A stretch of DNA of 17,686 nucleotides. Origin: an uncultured bacterium. GTDB taxonomy: Bacteria; Abyssobacteria; SURF-5. The first letter of the stretch is position 1, and each line of letters starts with the position of its first letter. This document shows positions 7,969-16,013 of the stretch, piece by piece. The stretch is from assembly GCA_964510165.1 (NCBI GenBank), contig CAZEBC010000070.1:1-17686 (forward strand). Reading direction: 5' to 3'. Below the pieces are notes generated by a model, which saw nothing but the letters and a program-made list of their open reading frames with translations, was not told where the DNA came from and did not search any database. A program made the position numbers and the translations under genes.

Positions 7969-8884
7969 GGACGCGTCTCGCCCGCTCGACGTCCTTTTTA
8001 ATCTGCTCCGCCAGCGCATCCAGAGACGGAAACTTCTGTTCTTCCCTCAGTTTCTCGACAAAGGTGACCTCGATGTCTTCGTTGTAAATATCCCGGTAAA
8101 AGTCCATGATATGGACCTCGACCGTTCGCTTACGCTCGTTCGTGACGGTCGGCCGAAATCCGATGTTGAGCGTGCCCGGTTTCCGGACTCCACAGACATC
8201 GGCCCAAACTGCGTAAATCCCGTTGGGAGGGACGGCCTCGTGATGCGGCTCGATGTTTGCGGTAGGAAAACCGATTTCCCTTCCGATGCGAGAGCCGCCG
8301 ACAATCGAGCCTGTAATCGAGTAATTGCGGCCAAGGCAGCGGGCGACCCGGTCGAGGTCGCCTTTCAACACCAGTTCTCGTATGAGCGTGCTGCTGACGG
8401 GCTGGCCGTCAACCTCAACGCGAGAGACCTGCTCGACTTCAAACCCGAGTTCCCCGCTCATGTCCCTGAGCAGATGAATGTCACCCTTGCGTCCCTTGCC
8501 GAACCTCCAATCATGGCCGACGACGATCGATTTCATTTGAATTTTCTCAATGAGAAAACCCTTGACGAAACTGCGCGCGTCGATGTTGGCGAATTCGCGC
8601 GTGAACCTGATCAGGCATATGACATCAATGCCCAGTCTTTCGATCAGACCTGACTTCTTGGATGTGGTCGTCAGCAGGTCCGGAGCCGCGTCGGGACTTA
8701 AGACTTCTCGTGGATGCGGGTCGAAGGTGACCACACACGCAGTTCCGCTCATCTGGCGCGCCCTTTCGACGACCCTTCGGATTATCTTCTGATGGCCCAG
8801 ATGGACACCGTCGAAGATTCCCAAAGTCAAACACACCGAATCCAGGCGCGGTATCTTCGTGTCCTCATTCGTGAATATCAGCAT
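7946..8884 (-). CDS. ribF: Bifunctional riboflavin kinase/FAD synthetase
   Basis: Motifs G.FDGVHLGHQ, TFDPHP, VSSTLIR, GFPTAN, EVHI and LREEQKF. It follows truB. Confidence 0.96.
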   Translation of the reverse strand: MLIFTNEDTKIPRLDSVCLTLGIFDGVHLGHQKIIRRVVERARQMSGTACVVTFDPHPREVLSPDAAPDLLTTTSKKSGLIERLGIDVICLIRFTREFANIDARSFVKGFLIEKIQMKSIVVGHDWRFGKGRKGDIHLLRDMSGELGFEVEQVSRVEVDGQPVSSTLIRELVLKGDLDRVARCLGRNYSITGSIVGGSRIGREIGFPTANIEPHHEAVPPNGIYAVWADVCGVRKPGTLNIGFRPTVTNERKRTVEVHIMDFYRDIYNEDIEVTFVEKLREEQKFPSLDALAEQIKKDVERARRVLVQSEEV

Positions 8885-8909
8885 GTTCGGATAAGAGGAG
8901 TTGCGTCTC

Positions 8910-9842
8910 TTACTCCATCAACACCTTCTTCGGATGAAACCATACCTTTTCCCCGTCGCGCGAAAGCGTGCCGATGGCCAGGAGTTCGCTGTGATGGCCC
9001 AGGGCCTGAACCCACCCCTCGAAACCGGGGCCTGTCACCGCTGAAGGAGCAACCTCGAACGCCGTCCCGTGGACGAGCCTGACAATTTGCTCTTCCGTGC
9101 ACTCAATCGCGGGCAAATGCGAAAGGGCTTGTGACGCGGGCAGCATCGCCGTCCAGACAGCTTCTGTCGTATTCAGGTCCGAGAGCGGCTTCGCCCGTTC
9201 GACATCAAAATCGCCTATGGCGAGGCGCCGCAACGATTCCATGCATCCGCCGACCCCAAGCGCATCGCCGAGGTCATGACATATCGTCCGGACGTACGTT
9301 CCCTTGGAGCACTCCAGCAGGAACTCGACTCGCGGCAACTCAATCCGCTCAATCTTCAGGCTTCGAATCTCCACGTGTCTAGGCTCGATTGAAACGGGTT
9401 TCTGCTTTCTTGCCAGCTTGTAGGCCCGGACTCCTTCTATCTTGACGGCTGAGAACACCGGCGGTTTCTGCTCGATAAGGCCAAGAAACGATTGAGCCGC
9501 TTCGCGAATCCGCTGTTCTGATATTGCCTCGACGCTCACCTGAGCAATTATTCTCCCGGTAACATCCTGCGTGTCGGTACAAACGCCCAGTACTGCCGTC
9601 GCCCGATATGATTTGAACCTCGTCTCGACGAGACCGGCAATCTTCGTCACCCGGCCCACGCACAGGATCAAGAGGCCAGTCGCCAGCGGGTCAAGCGTGC
9701 CGGTATGTCCGACCCGAAGCGGACGGACAAGCTTTCGAATGGCGGCCACGACATCGTGAGAGGTGATTCCCTTCGGTTTGTCAACCGGCACGATGCCGCC
9801 GAACCGAAGACGCGGGTCACTGATCCGAGGACCAGTAATCAT
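8910..9842 (-). CDS. truB: tRNA pseudouridine(55) synthase
   Basis: Motifs DKPKG.TSHDVV, GHTGTLDP (catalytic Asp), PP.FSAVK and CSKGTYVR. Confidence 0.96.
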   Translation of the reverse strand: MITGPRISDPRLRFGGIVPVDKPKGITSHDVVAAIRKLVRPLRVGHTGTLDPLATGLLILCVGRVTKIAGLVETRFKSYRATAVLGVCTDTQDVTGRIIAQVSVEAISEQRIREAAQSFLGLIEQKPPVFSAVKIEGVRAYKLARKQKPVSIEPRHVEIRSLKIERIELPRVEFLLECSKGTYVRTICHDLGDALGVGGCMESLRRLAIGDFDVERAKPLSDLNTTEAVWTAMLPASQALSHLPAIECTEEQIVRLVHGTAFEVAPSAVTGPGFEGWVQALGHHSELLAIGTLSRDGEKVWFHPKKVLME

Positions 9843-10819
9843 GTCCTGCCGGCCTTCTCAGCCTCCTGAAGGGCCTTCTCGACGGCGCCATAAATCAACT
9901 TCTTGGCATGCTTCATATCGCCCTTGATGTTGCATCCGGCCGCTCTCACGTGGCCCCCTCCGCCGAACATCGCGGCTATCTTGCTGACATCGAGGTAATC
10001 CTTTGAACGCAGACTGACTTTGACGCCGTCCTCAACCTCGCGGAAAAGCAACGCAACCTCGACGCCTTTGATGGGTCTGCCGAAGTTGACTATCTCATGC
10101 GTGTCTTCGGGAGTCGCCCTTGTCTCAAGGAGCATCCGCCGGGTTATCGTGATGCAGGAGATTCCGTCCCGTATCTCAAGAGTGGAATGGGCCAAGGCGG
10201 CAATCAGAGCGGCGGCGGGCCGCAGATTCTCGTAAATCTTCTGGTAAACGTCAGCCGGATTCACCCCCAGCTTGAGAAGCTCGGCGGCAAGCTCATGCGC
10301 CCGAGGCGTGGTGTTGGGGTACCGAAACGAGCCGGTGTCGGTCATGATGGCCGCATACAGGGCCTCGGCTGCCGTTTTTTTTGGCTCGCGCAGAGCGTCG
10401 AACAAATCAAAGACAATCTCGGCAACGGCGCACAGTTCGGGCCCTATCAGATTGATATGGCCGTAACGGGAGTTTTCCATGTGATGATCCAGATTTACAA
10501 TAACGGGGATTTTTTCGATCAGCGGGATGCATTCCCGGCCTGCTCGCTCGATGTTGGGACACTCCAGGAATATGGCCACCTCGAACTGTGAGGAGGTCGG
10601 AACCTGGGAAGTAATGTCCGCCGACCCCTTCAGAAATCGGTATATCTCGGGGACACCGTCACGGTCGTAAGCTACCGCCGTCTTCCCTCGCCGCCTGAGC
10701 AGACACAAGAGCGAGATGAGCGACCCCACGGCGTCTCCGTCAGGATCGATATGTGAAAGCAGAAAAAAACTGTTGTGCGTTTCGATGCAGTTGATGAGTT
10801 CAGAGAATTCACTCTTCAT
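9839..10819 (-). CDS. nrnA: DHH/DHHA1 phosphoesterase (bifunctional oligoribonuclease/pAp phosphatase, NrnA-like)
   Basis: Motifs H..PDGDA.GS, LDHH, TDTGSF, KVSLRS and GGGGH..AAG. Its position between rbfA and truB is typical. Confidence 0.9.
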   Translation of the reverse strand: MKSEFSELINCIETHNSFFLLSHIDPDGDAVGSLISLLCLLRRRGKTAVAYDRDGVPEIYRFLKGSADITSQVPTSSQFEVAIFLECPNIERAGRECIPLIEKIPVIVNLDHHMENSRYGHINLIGPELCAVAEIVFDLFDALREPKKTAAEALYAAIMTDTGSFRYPNTTPRAHELAAELLKLGVNPADVYQKIYENLRPAAALIAALAHSTLEIRDGISCITITRRMLLETRATPEDTHEIVNFGRPIKGVEVALLFREVEDGVKVSLRSKDYLDVSKIAAMFGGGGHVRAAGCNIKGDMKHAKKLIYGAVEKALQEAEKAGRT

Positions 10820-11180
10820 GTGGGGTATCGGGTTCCTCCGGAACGACCGAATCTATCAGCTCGAGTATTCGCGATCCTCTCTCGAGAGATTCGTCATATA
10901 TGATGCTGATTTCGGGCACGCGTCTCACGCGAAGCCTTTGTCCAAGTTCTTTCCTGATGTATCCGGCGGCGCTCTTGAGCCCCGCAACGGTGGATTTTCG
11001 CTCCTGTTCGCTTCCGTAGACGCTGACGAAGACCTTCGCATGACGGAGGTCTCCGGACACTTCTATTGAAGTGATGGAAACGAAGCCTATACGCGGGTCT
11101 TTAATGCCTCGGGTCAACATATCGCTAATCTCTTTCTTGAGAAGTTCTCCGAGGCGCTTCTGGCGAGTTTCCATGATCAT
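10809..11180 (-). CDS. rbfA: 30S ribosome-binding factor A
   Basis: Motifs KDPRIG, DLRHAKVFVS, AAGYIR..LG..L.VR.VPE and YDESLERG. Confidence 0.96.
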   Translation of the reverse strand: MIMETRQKRLGELLKKEISDMLTRGIKDPRIGFVSITSIEVSGDLRHAKVFVSVYGSEQERKSTVAGLKSAAGYIRKELGQRLRVRRVPEISIIYDESLERGSRILELIDSVVPEEPDTPHEE

Positions 11181-11241
11181 CCCCTGTGGCAGTGTTCTGT
11201 CAGGTTCCCGAACGACGTATCAAGGGATTTGGAGGCGTCGG

Positions 11242-11523
11242 TTACAGGATCTCGATGCTGTAATCCAGCAATTCCGTCGGGAAATTGCCTTCGATGAAGT
11301 TGACCACTTCGGAGAGCACGCGATTTGCATGCAACTTATCATTAGACGCGCAGCAAATTCCGAGGGTCGCGCGCTGCCAGAGATCGTTGTTGTCGACCTC
11401 CGCGATGGAGACATTGAATTTCTGGCGGGTCCTGTCCTTGATGCTTCTCAGGACCTGTCGCTTTCCCTTAAGCGAAGTGTTTCCACGGATGAGCAGGTCT
11501 ACCTGCAGAACGCCCACAAACAT
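11242..11523 (-). CDS. DUF503 family protein (YlxP-like)
   Basis: Motifs SLKGKR, KFNVSIAEV and DLWQRA.LG. Conserved position between infB and rbfA. Confidence 0.9.
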   Translation of the reverse strand: MFVGVLQVDLLIRGNTSLKGKRQVLRSIKDRTRQKFNVSIAEVDNNDLWQRATLGICCASNDKLHANRVLSEVVNFIEGNFPTELLDYSIEIL

Positions 11524-11526
11524 CTC

Positions 11527-13902
11527 TTACAATTTTCTGGCGATCTCTTCGACGCGGTAGCATTCGATCACGTCGCCCACTTTGACGTCGTTGAAATTCT
11601 CAAGGGAAATCCCGCACTCGGTGCCAGCGTGCGCAGTCTGGACGAAGTCCTTATATCTTTTCAATGACTTGATCTTGCCGTCGTAAATGATCACCCCGTC
11701 CCTGACGAGCCTGATGTTGCGATTGGCCTCGATCCCACCCTCGAGAACGCGGCTGCCGGCAACAGTGCCAACCTCGCTGACTTTAAACGTCTGAATGACC
11801 TCCGCGCGGCCGAGGAATATCTCTTTTCGCTCAGGCTCGAGCAAGCCTTCCATCGAGGCGCGTACGTCGTCAATCGCATCATAGATGACGCGATAGAGCC
11901 TATAATCGACGCCCTCTTTTTCGGCAATCTCGCGCGCTTTGGCGTCGGGCCTTACGTTAAACCCAATGAGCAACGCATCCGATGCGGAGGCAAGTATCAC
12001 GTCGGACTCGTTGATTCCCCCGACCCCGGTATGTATAACGTTGAGTTTGACCTTCTCGCTCGGAAGCTTGAGCAGAGAATCCTGCAGGGCCGTGACGGAC
12101 CCCTGGACGTCGCCCTTTATGATGATGTTCAGTTCCTTGATCTGGCCTGCCTGGATGCGGTCATACAGGTCTTCCAGGGTGAGTCGTTTCTGGCGAACCA
12201 TCTCTTTCTGGCGCTGTTTGAGCGCGCGGGAGTCGGCTATCTGCCGGGCCTTCTTCTCATCCTCAAGCGCGATAAATGCGTCTCCGGCCTTTGCGATCCC
12301 GGTAAACCCGAGGACTTCGACGGGCATGGATGGGCCTGCCTCCATGATGTTTGCGCCCTTGTCATTCAACAAGGCGCGCACCTTGCCGTACTGCGTGCCC
12401 GCGACAAAGGCGTCGCCGACGCGCAGCGTGCCCTCTTGCACGAGCACGGTCGCTACCGGGCCCCGCCCTTTGTCCAGCTTGGCTTCAAGCACAATGCCGC
12501 GAGCCGGCTTGTCAGGGTCGGCTCTGAGTTCAAGTAGTTCGGCCTCCAGCAGGAGCATCTCGAGCAGTTCATTGATCCCCTGTTTTGTCTTGGCGGAAAC
12601 AGGGACCGTGATGGTCTTGCCGCCCCAATCCTCGGGCGTCAGGTCGAGATTTGCCAATTGCTGCTTCACGCGGTCAATATTAGCCTCTGACTTGTCTACC
12701 TTGTTGATGGCGACCACGATTGCAACGCCCGCTGCCCGCGCATGGTTGACGGCTTCGATTGTCTGAGGCATGACCCCATCGTCCGCAGCAACCACCAGCA
12801 CCACCACGTCGGTCACCTGTGCGCCATGAGCGCGCATTGCGGTGAAGGCCTCGTGGCCGGGCGTATCGAGGAAGACGACATGGCCGCTGTCCAGCTGAAC
12901 GTCGTACGCGCCAATATGCTGCGTGATGCCGCCAGCTTCTCCCGCCATCACGTTGGTCTTGCGAATGGCGTCAAGCAGCGCCGTCTTGCCGTGGTCGACG
13001 TGTCCCATCACGGTCACGACAGGAGCGCGCGGCTTCAGCTTGGAGGTATCTTCCTCCACCTCTTCCTCTTCGAGGAAATCTTCCGGTGAGGTGGCCACTT
13101 GCACGTCATAGCCGTGCTTCTCGGCGATTGTTCTGACCGTCTCCAACTCGAGCGGTTGGTTCTTGGTCGCCATTATATTCATGCCCATGAGGTCAAGGAT
13201 CAGCGCACCCGCCTTTACTTTGAGCTGTCTTGCAAGTTCGTCGACCGTGATTACCTCGTCAACCGCGATGACAGGCCTGCGCGGCCCGCGCGCCTTTCGT
13301 CTGAGTAATCGCTCGGACGGGGGAGGGGGAGCCTCGACCACCTTTTGCTCCTCCACCTTCTTGAGGCGTTCCTTCTCGCGTTCGCGTCTCCGTTTGCGGC
13401 GGTCGCGGCGCTTGGTTCTCCACTCTATGCGCCGTTTCTCCTCGAGCAGGAGATCGGTCTCATCTTCGACGTCCATCTTTTCCGATTCCGGCTCTATTTC
13501 CGGAGGCCGTTTCTCTTCAACAATCCCCTCTTCCTCTACCGCCTCCTCAACCGGAGCGGCAGCTCTTTTCTTTGGAGGTTCGAGAACCGGAGGAGGTTCG
13601 GCGGCAACGGGTAACCGCTCCTCTTTTGGGGCCGGCTTCCCCTTTCTCTTCTTCTTCTCCTCCTCGACGAGTTGCGGAGTCGGAATCTCAATCGGCTCAG
13701 GCTCTGCCCACTTGGCTTTTTTTGTCTCGACTTTCTCGACCCTGATGTGGCCAAACTTTTTCAATACGAGCTTGGCCTCTTTGTCTTCCAGCGTGGACAT
13801 ATGGGAGGATATCGCGAACCCAAGCTCCTGAAGTTTCGCCATCAGCTCTTTGCTGGAGAGGCCCAGTTGCTTGGCCAGTTCGAATACTCGAACTTTACTC
13901 AT
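11527..13902 (-). CDS. infB: Translation initiation factor IF-2
   Basis: N-terminal RVFELAKQLG, G1 GHVDHGKT, GITQHIGA, DTPGHEAF and NKVD. SD GAGGTG lies within the nusA 3' end, with an 8-nt overlap. Confidence 0.98.
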   Translation of the reverse strand: MSKVRVFELAKQLGLSSKELMAKLQELGFAISSHMSTLEDKEAKLVLKKFGHIRVEKVETKKAKWAEPEPIEIPTPQLVEEEKKKRKGKPAPKEERLPVAAEPPPVLEPPKKRAAAPVEEAVEEEGIVEEKRPPEIEPESEKMDVEDETDLLLEEKRRIEWRTKRRDRRKRRREREKERLKKVEEQKVVEAPPPPSERLLRRKARGPRRPVIAVDEVITVDELARQLKVKAGALILDLMGMNIMATKNQPLELETVRTIAEKHGYDVQVATSPEDFLEEEEVEEDTSKLKPRAPVVTVMGHVDHGKTALLDAIRKTNVMAGEAGGITQHIGAYDVQLDSGHVVFLDTPGHEAFTAMRAHGAQVTDVVVLVVAADDGVMPQTIEAVNHARAAGVAIVVAINKVDKSEANIDRVKQQLANLDLTPEDWGGKTITVPVSAKTKQGINELLEMLLLEAELLELRADPDKPARGIVLEAKLDKGRGPVATVLVQEGTLRVGDAFVAGTQYGKVRALLNDKGANIMEAGPSMPVEVLGFTGIAKAGDAFIALEDEKKARQIADSRALKQRQKEMVRQKRLTLEDLYDRIQAGQIKELNIIIKGDVQGSVTALQDSLLKLPSEKVKLNVIHTGVGGINESDVILASASDALLIGFNVRPDAKAREIAEKEGVDYRLYRVIYDAIDDVRASMEGLLEPERKEIFLGRAEVIQTFKVSEVGTVAGSRVLEGGIEANRNIRLVRDGVIIYDGKIKSLKRYKDFVQTAHAGTECGISLENFNDVKVGDVIECYRVEEIARKL

Positions 13903-15205
13903 CTGCTGTCACCTCCCCTTCATCCTCTTCGCTCTCTTCACCTTCTTCGCTCTCTTCGGGAACACTGATACGTTTAACGGCCGCCTCAATCATTTTTTCC
14001 GCAGTCTTCTTTCCGATTCCCGGGAGAGAAGCAATATCATCGAGAGAGGCATTCGCGATTTTCCGGCTGCTGACGAAGCCCGCCTCCCTCAGCACTTGAG
14101 CGGTCTTCTCGCCCACTCCGGGCAACTCAATCAGTTCGTCTATTATATCGCTCTCGAAAAGCGGGGTTTCCTCCTTGAGCCTCTTCTCGTCGATCACGTC
14201 AACCTTCCAGTTGGTCAACTTGGAGGCCAGACGCGCATTCTGGCCGCGCTTACCGATGGCCAACGAGAGCTGGTCGGTGGGAACCGTCACTAATATGCTC
14301 TTGAGTTTCTCGTCCACCAGGATATTGGATATCATGGCGGGACTGAGCGCATTCGCGATAAAAGTCTTTATGTCGTCGCTCCACTTGACGACGTCGATCT
14401 TCTCACCCCTCAGTTCATCGACGATGGTGCGCACGCGCATTCCTTTCATGCCGACGCATGCGCCAACCGCGTCGACATTGGCGTCGTGCGATACGACCGC
14501 AATCTTGGTCCTGTAACCCGACTCCCGCGCGAGAGAGCGTATCTCAACAATGCCGTCATACACCTCGGGAACCTCCACCTCAAACAGCAATCGCACGAGT
14601 TCCGGGGCAGCGCGAGAGAGCACGACTTGCGGGCCGCGCTCGTTTTCTGAGACTTCCTGCACGTAGAACTTCATGCGTTCGCCAAATCTGTAGATATCCC
14701 GTGGGGACTGCTCCTTGTAGGGAACGATGCCCTCGGCCTTTCCCAGGTCCACAATCACATTGCCGTGCGCTTGCTTCTTGACAACCCCAGTGATGAGGTC
14801 GCCCTGGCTCTTCTTGAATTCCGAGAAGATGTTCTTGCGCTCGGCCTCTTTTATCTTTTGGATGATCACCTGTTTTGCCGTCTGGGCGGCGATCCGGCCA
14901 AAATTGCCGGGAGCTATCTCGATTCTTACATGCCCGCCGAGTTCGGCTTCCGGATTGATGGCCCGGGCATCCTGAAGCGATATCTGCGTCTTGAAGTCCA
15001 CGGGTTTCTCGACAACCTCTTTCTTCTGATAGACGCGGATATCCCACTTGTCCTCGTCAAAGTCGATCTCCACGTTGCCGTAGCTGTGGAAGCTCTTCTT
15101 GCTGGCCGTCTCGATGGCTGAGCGTATTGCCTCAATGAGCACTTTCTTGTCGATATTGCGCTCACTCTGCAATTGCTCGAAAATCGGCGCCAAATCTGCC
15201 TTCAT
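13895..15205 (-). CDS. nusA: Transcription termination/antitermination factor NusA with a C-terminal HhH domain and acidic tail
   Basis: Motifs FGRIAAQTAKQVI.QKI.EAER, EVPE, VGACVG..G.RV, LSLAIGKRGQNARLA, and HhH LPGVGEKTA/LPGIGKKTA. Confidence 0.97.
   Translation of the reverse strand: MKADLAPIFEQLQSERNIDKKVLIEAIRSAIETASKKSFHSYGNVEIDFDEDKWDIRVYQKKEVVEKPVDFKTQISLQDARAINPEAELGGHVRIEIAPGNFGRIAAQTAKQVIIQKIKEAERKNIFSEFKKSQGDLITGVVKKQAHGNVIVDLGKAEGIVPYKEQSPRDIYRFGERMKFYVQEVSENERGPQVVLSRAAPELVRLLFEVEVPEVYDGIVEIRSLARESGYRTKIAVVSHDANVDAVGACVGMKGMRVRTIVDELRGEKIDVVKWSDDIKTFIANALSPAMISNILVDEKLKSILVTVPTDQLSLAIGKRGQNARLASKLTNWKVDVIDEKRLKEETPLFESDIIDELIELPGVGEKTAQVLREAGFVSSRKIANASLDDIASLPGIGKKTAEKMIEAAVKRISVPEESEEGEESEEDEGEVTADE
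13926..13957. repeat. Short tandem duplication (14-nt TCTTCGCTCTCTTC twice, 18-nt period) encoding EESEE-G-EESEE in the NusA tail
   Basis: Identical 14-mers at 13926-13939 and 13944-13957. Confidence 0.7.
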
Positions 15206-15282
15206 CTAAGAGCTCCCCCTCCTTCTTGTTGAATTTCGCGCAGCTCGGCGCGGCCCACGTCCAGGCGGATGCCTGCTCCGAG

Positions 15283-15762
15283 TCACAACACCTGAAGGTT
15301 TGCATGGTCAATGGCGACAAGCGGAACACGCCGCGGCGGTGCTCCGGGCCGCTCCTCGCGAACAATGACATCGTTGTCCGCGACACCTTCTATTACGCCG
15401 GTAATCTTTCTGCGTCCTTCCAGCGGAGAACGCAGGTGAATTCGCACCTTGGCGCCCGCAAACCTTTCAAAATCGGCTTTCTTGCGAATCCTGCGGTTTA
15501 TCCCCGGCGACGATACCTCCAGATAATACCGGTGCTCGATGATATTCTTAACATCGAGCACCGGACTCAGCAGTTCGCTCACCTTTTGGCAATCATCAAT
15601 GGTTATTCCGCCTTCCGGCTTATCGATGAAGAGCCTCAAAACCCCTGAACCCCCGTCTCGCTTGTACTCCAAATCAACGAGGTAATAACCTTCAGCTTCG
15701 ATTAAGGATTCCACCACCGCGCAGACCCTTTCCTCAATCGAGTTCATATCTCTTTTCACCAC
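15283..15762 (-). CDS. rimP: Ribosome maturation factor RimP (start GTG 15762/15759 or ATG 15747)
   Basis: Motifs LRLFIDK..GGI.IDDC..VS, Y.LEVSSPG..R and DF.RF.G. It is the first gene before nusA. Confidence 0.96.
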   Translation of the reverse strand: MVKRDMNSIEERVCAVVESLIEAEGYYLVDLEYKRDGGSGVLRLFIDKPEGGITIDDCQKVSELLSPVLDVKNIIEHRYYLEVSSPGINRRIRKKADFERFAGAKVRIHLRSPLEGRRKITGVIEGVADNDVIVREERPGAPPRRVPLVAIDHANLQVL

Positions 15763-15770
15763 CGTCGCCT

Positions 15771-15796
15771 ACAATAAAGGCGGCACCCGCCGCCTT
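15771..15796 (-). terminator. Second terminator-like hairpin in the rimP leader
   Basis: The minus strand reads AAGGCGGC-GGGT-GCCGCCTT then TATTGT: an 8-bp stem with a U-rich tail, immediately before the rimP start region. Confidence 0.55.
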
Positions 15797-15840
15797 ATCG
15801 GATCAAATCCGGACCACTCTCGCGAGCCAGCCCTTTCAAT

Positions 15841-15866
15841 ACAAAAGAGTGGGTGTCCACCCACTC
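15841..15866 (-). terminator. rimP-leader hairpin/premature terminator
   Basis: The minus strand reads GAGTGGGT-GGAC-ACCCACTC then TTTTGT. It resembles the GAGTGGG...CCCACTCTTT element commonly found upstream of rimP-nusA-infB. Confidence 0.75.
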
Positions 15867-15894
15867 CTAAGCACATGGCGGCTCCTCTTCAATC

Positions 15895-15924
15895 AGTATA
15901 CTACAGCCTGAGGGGAAAATGCAA
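15895..15924 (-). promoter_or_regulatory. Sigma70-like promoter of the rimP-nusA-infB operon (TTGCAT-N18-TATACT)
   Basis: -35 at 15924-15919 and -10 at 15900-15895, just upstream of the leader hairpin. Confidence 0.6.
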
Positions 15925-15930
15925 CAACGC

Positions 15931-15959
15931 TTGCTTTCTATCGGATTTCGGTATAGTAT
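15931..15959 (+). promoter_or_regulatory. Candidate sigma70-like promoter of the FGE-domain gene (TTGCTT-N17-TAGTAT)
   Basis: -35 at 15931-15936 and -10 at 15954-15959. It is back-to-back with the rimP promoter. Confidence 0.45.
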
Positions 15960-16013
15960 TGCTTTTGCGCCGGCGCCGGGGATTGGCACATGAACATACT
16001 GGAGGATTCCGTC

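Larger units (their letters stand above)
15769..15876 (-). other. Candidate leader peptide (uORF, 35 aa): MCLGVGGHPLFCIERAGSREWSGFDPIRRRVPPLL
   Basis: SD GAGGAG lies 5 nt before ATG 15876. The frame is open to TAG 15771-15769. The ORF is too short to appear in the supplied ORF track. Confidence 0.35.

Noticed and set aside
10375..10382. A8 homopolymer in nrnA as a phase-variation or frameshift site
   Set aside because: The frame is intact with all motifs present, and the run is short and simply spans Pro-Lys-Lys-Thr codons.
11939..12766. Long antisense ORFs (275 aa here; also 5189-5890, 5951-6580, 13163-13831, 11071-11667)
   Set aside because: They lie opposite well-conserved genes, have no recognisable motifs, and are expected shadow ORFs in GC-rich DNA.
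12975..13010. IF2 P-loop GHVDHGKTA instead of GKTS/GKTT
   Set aside because: The essential GKT is intact and the following position is variable.
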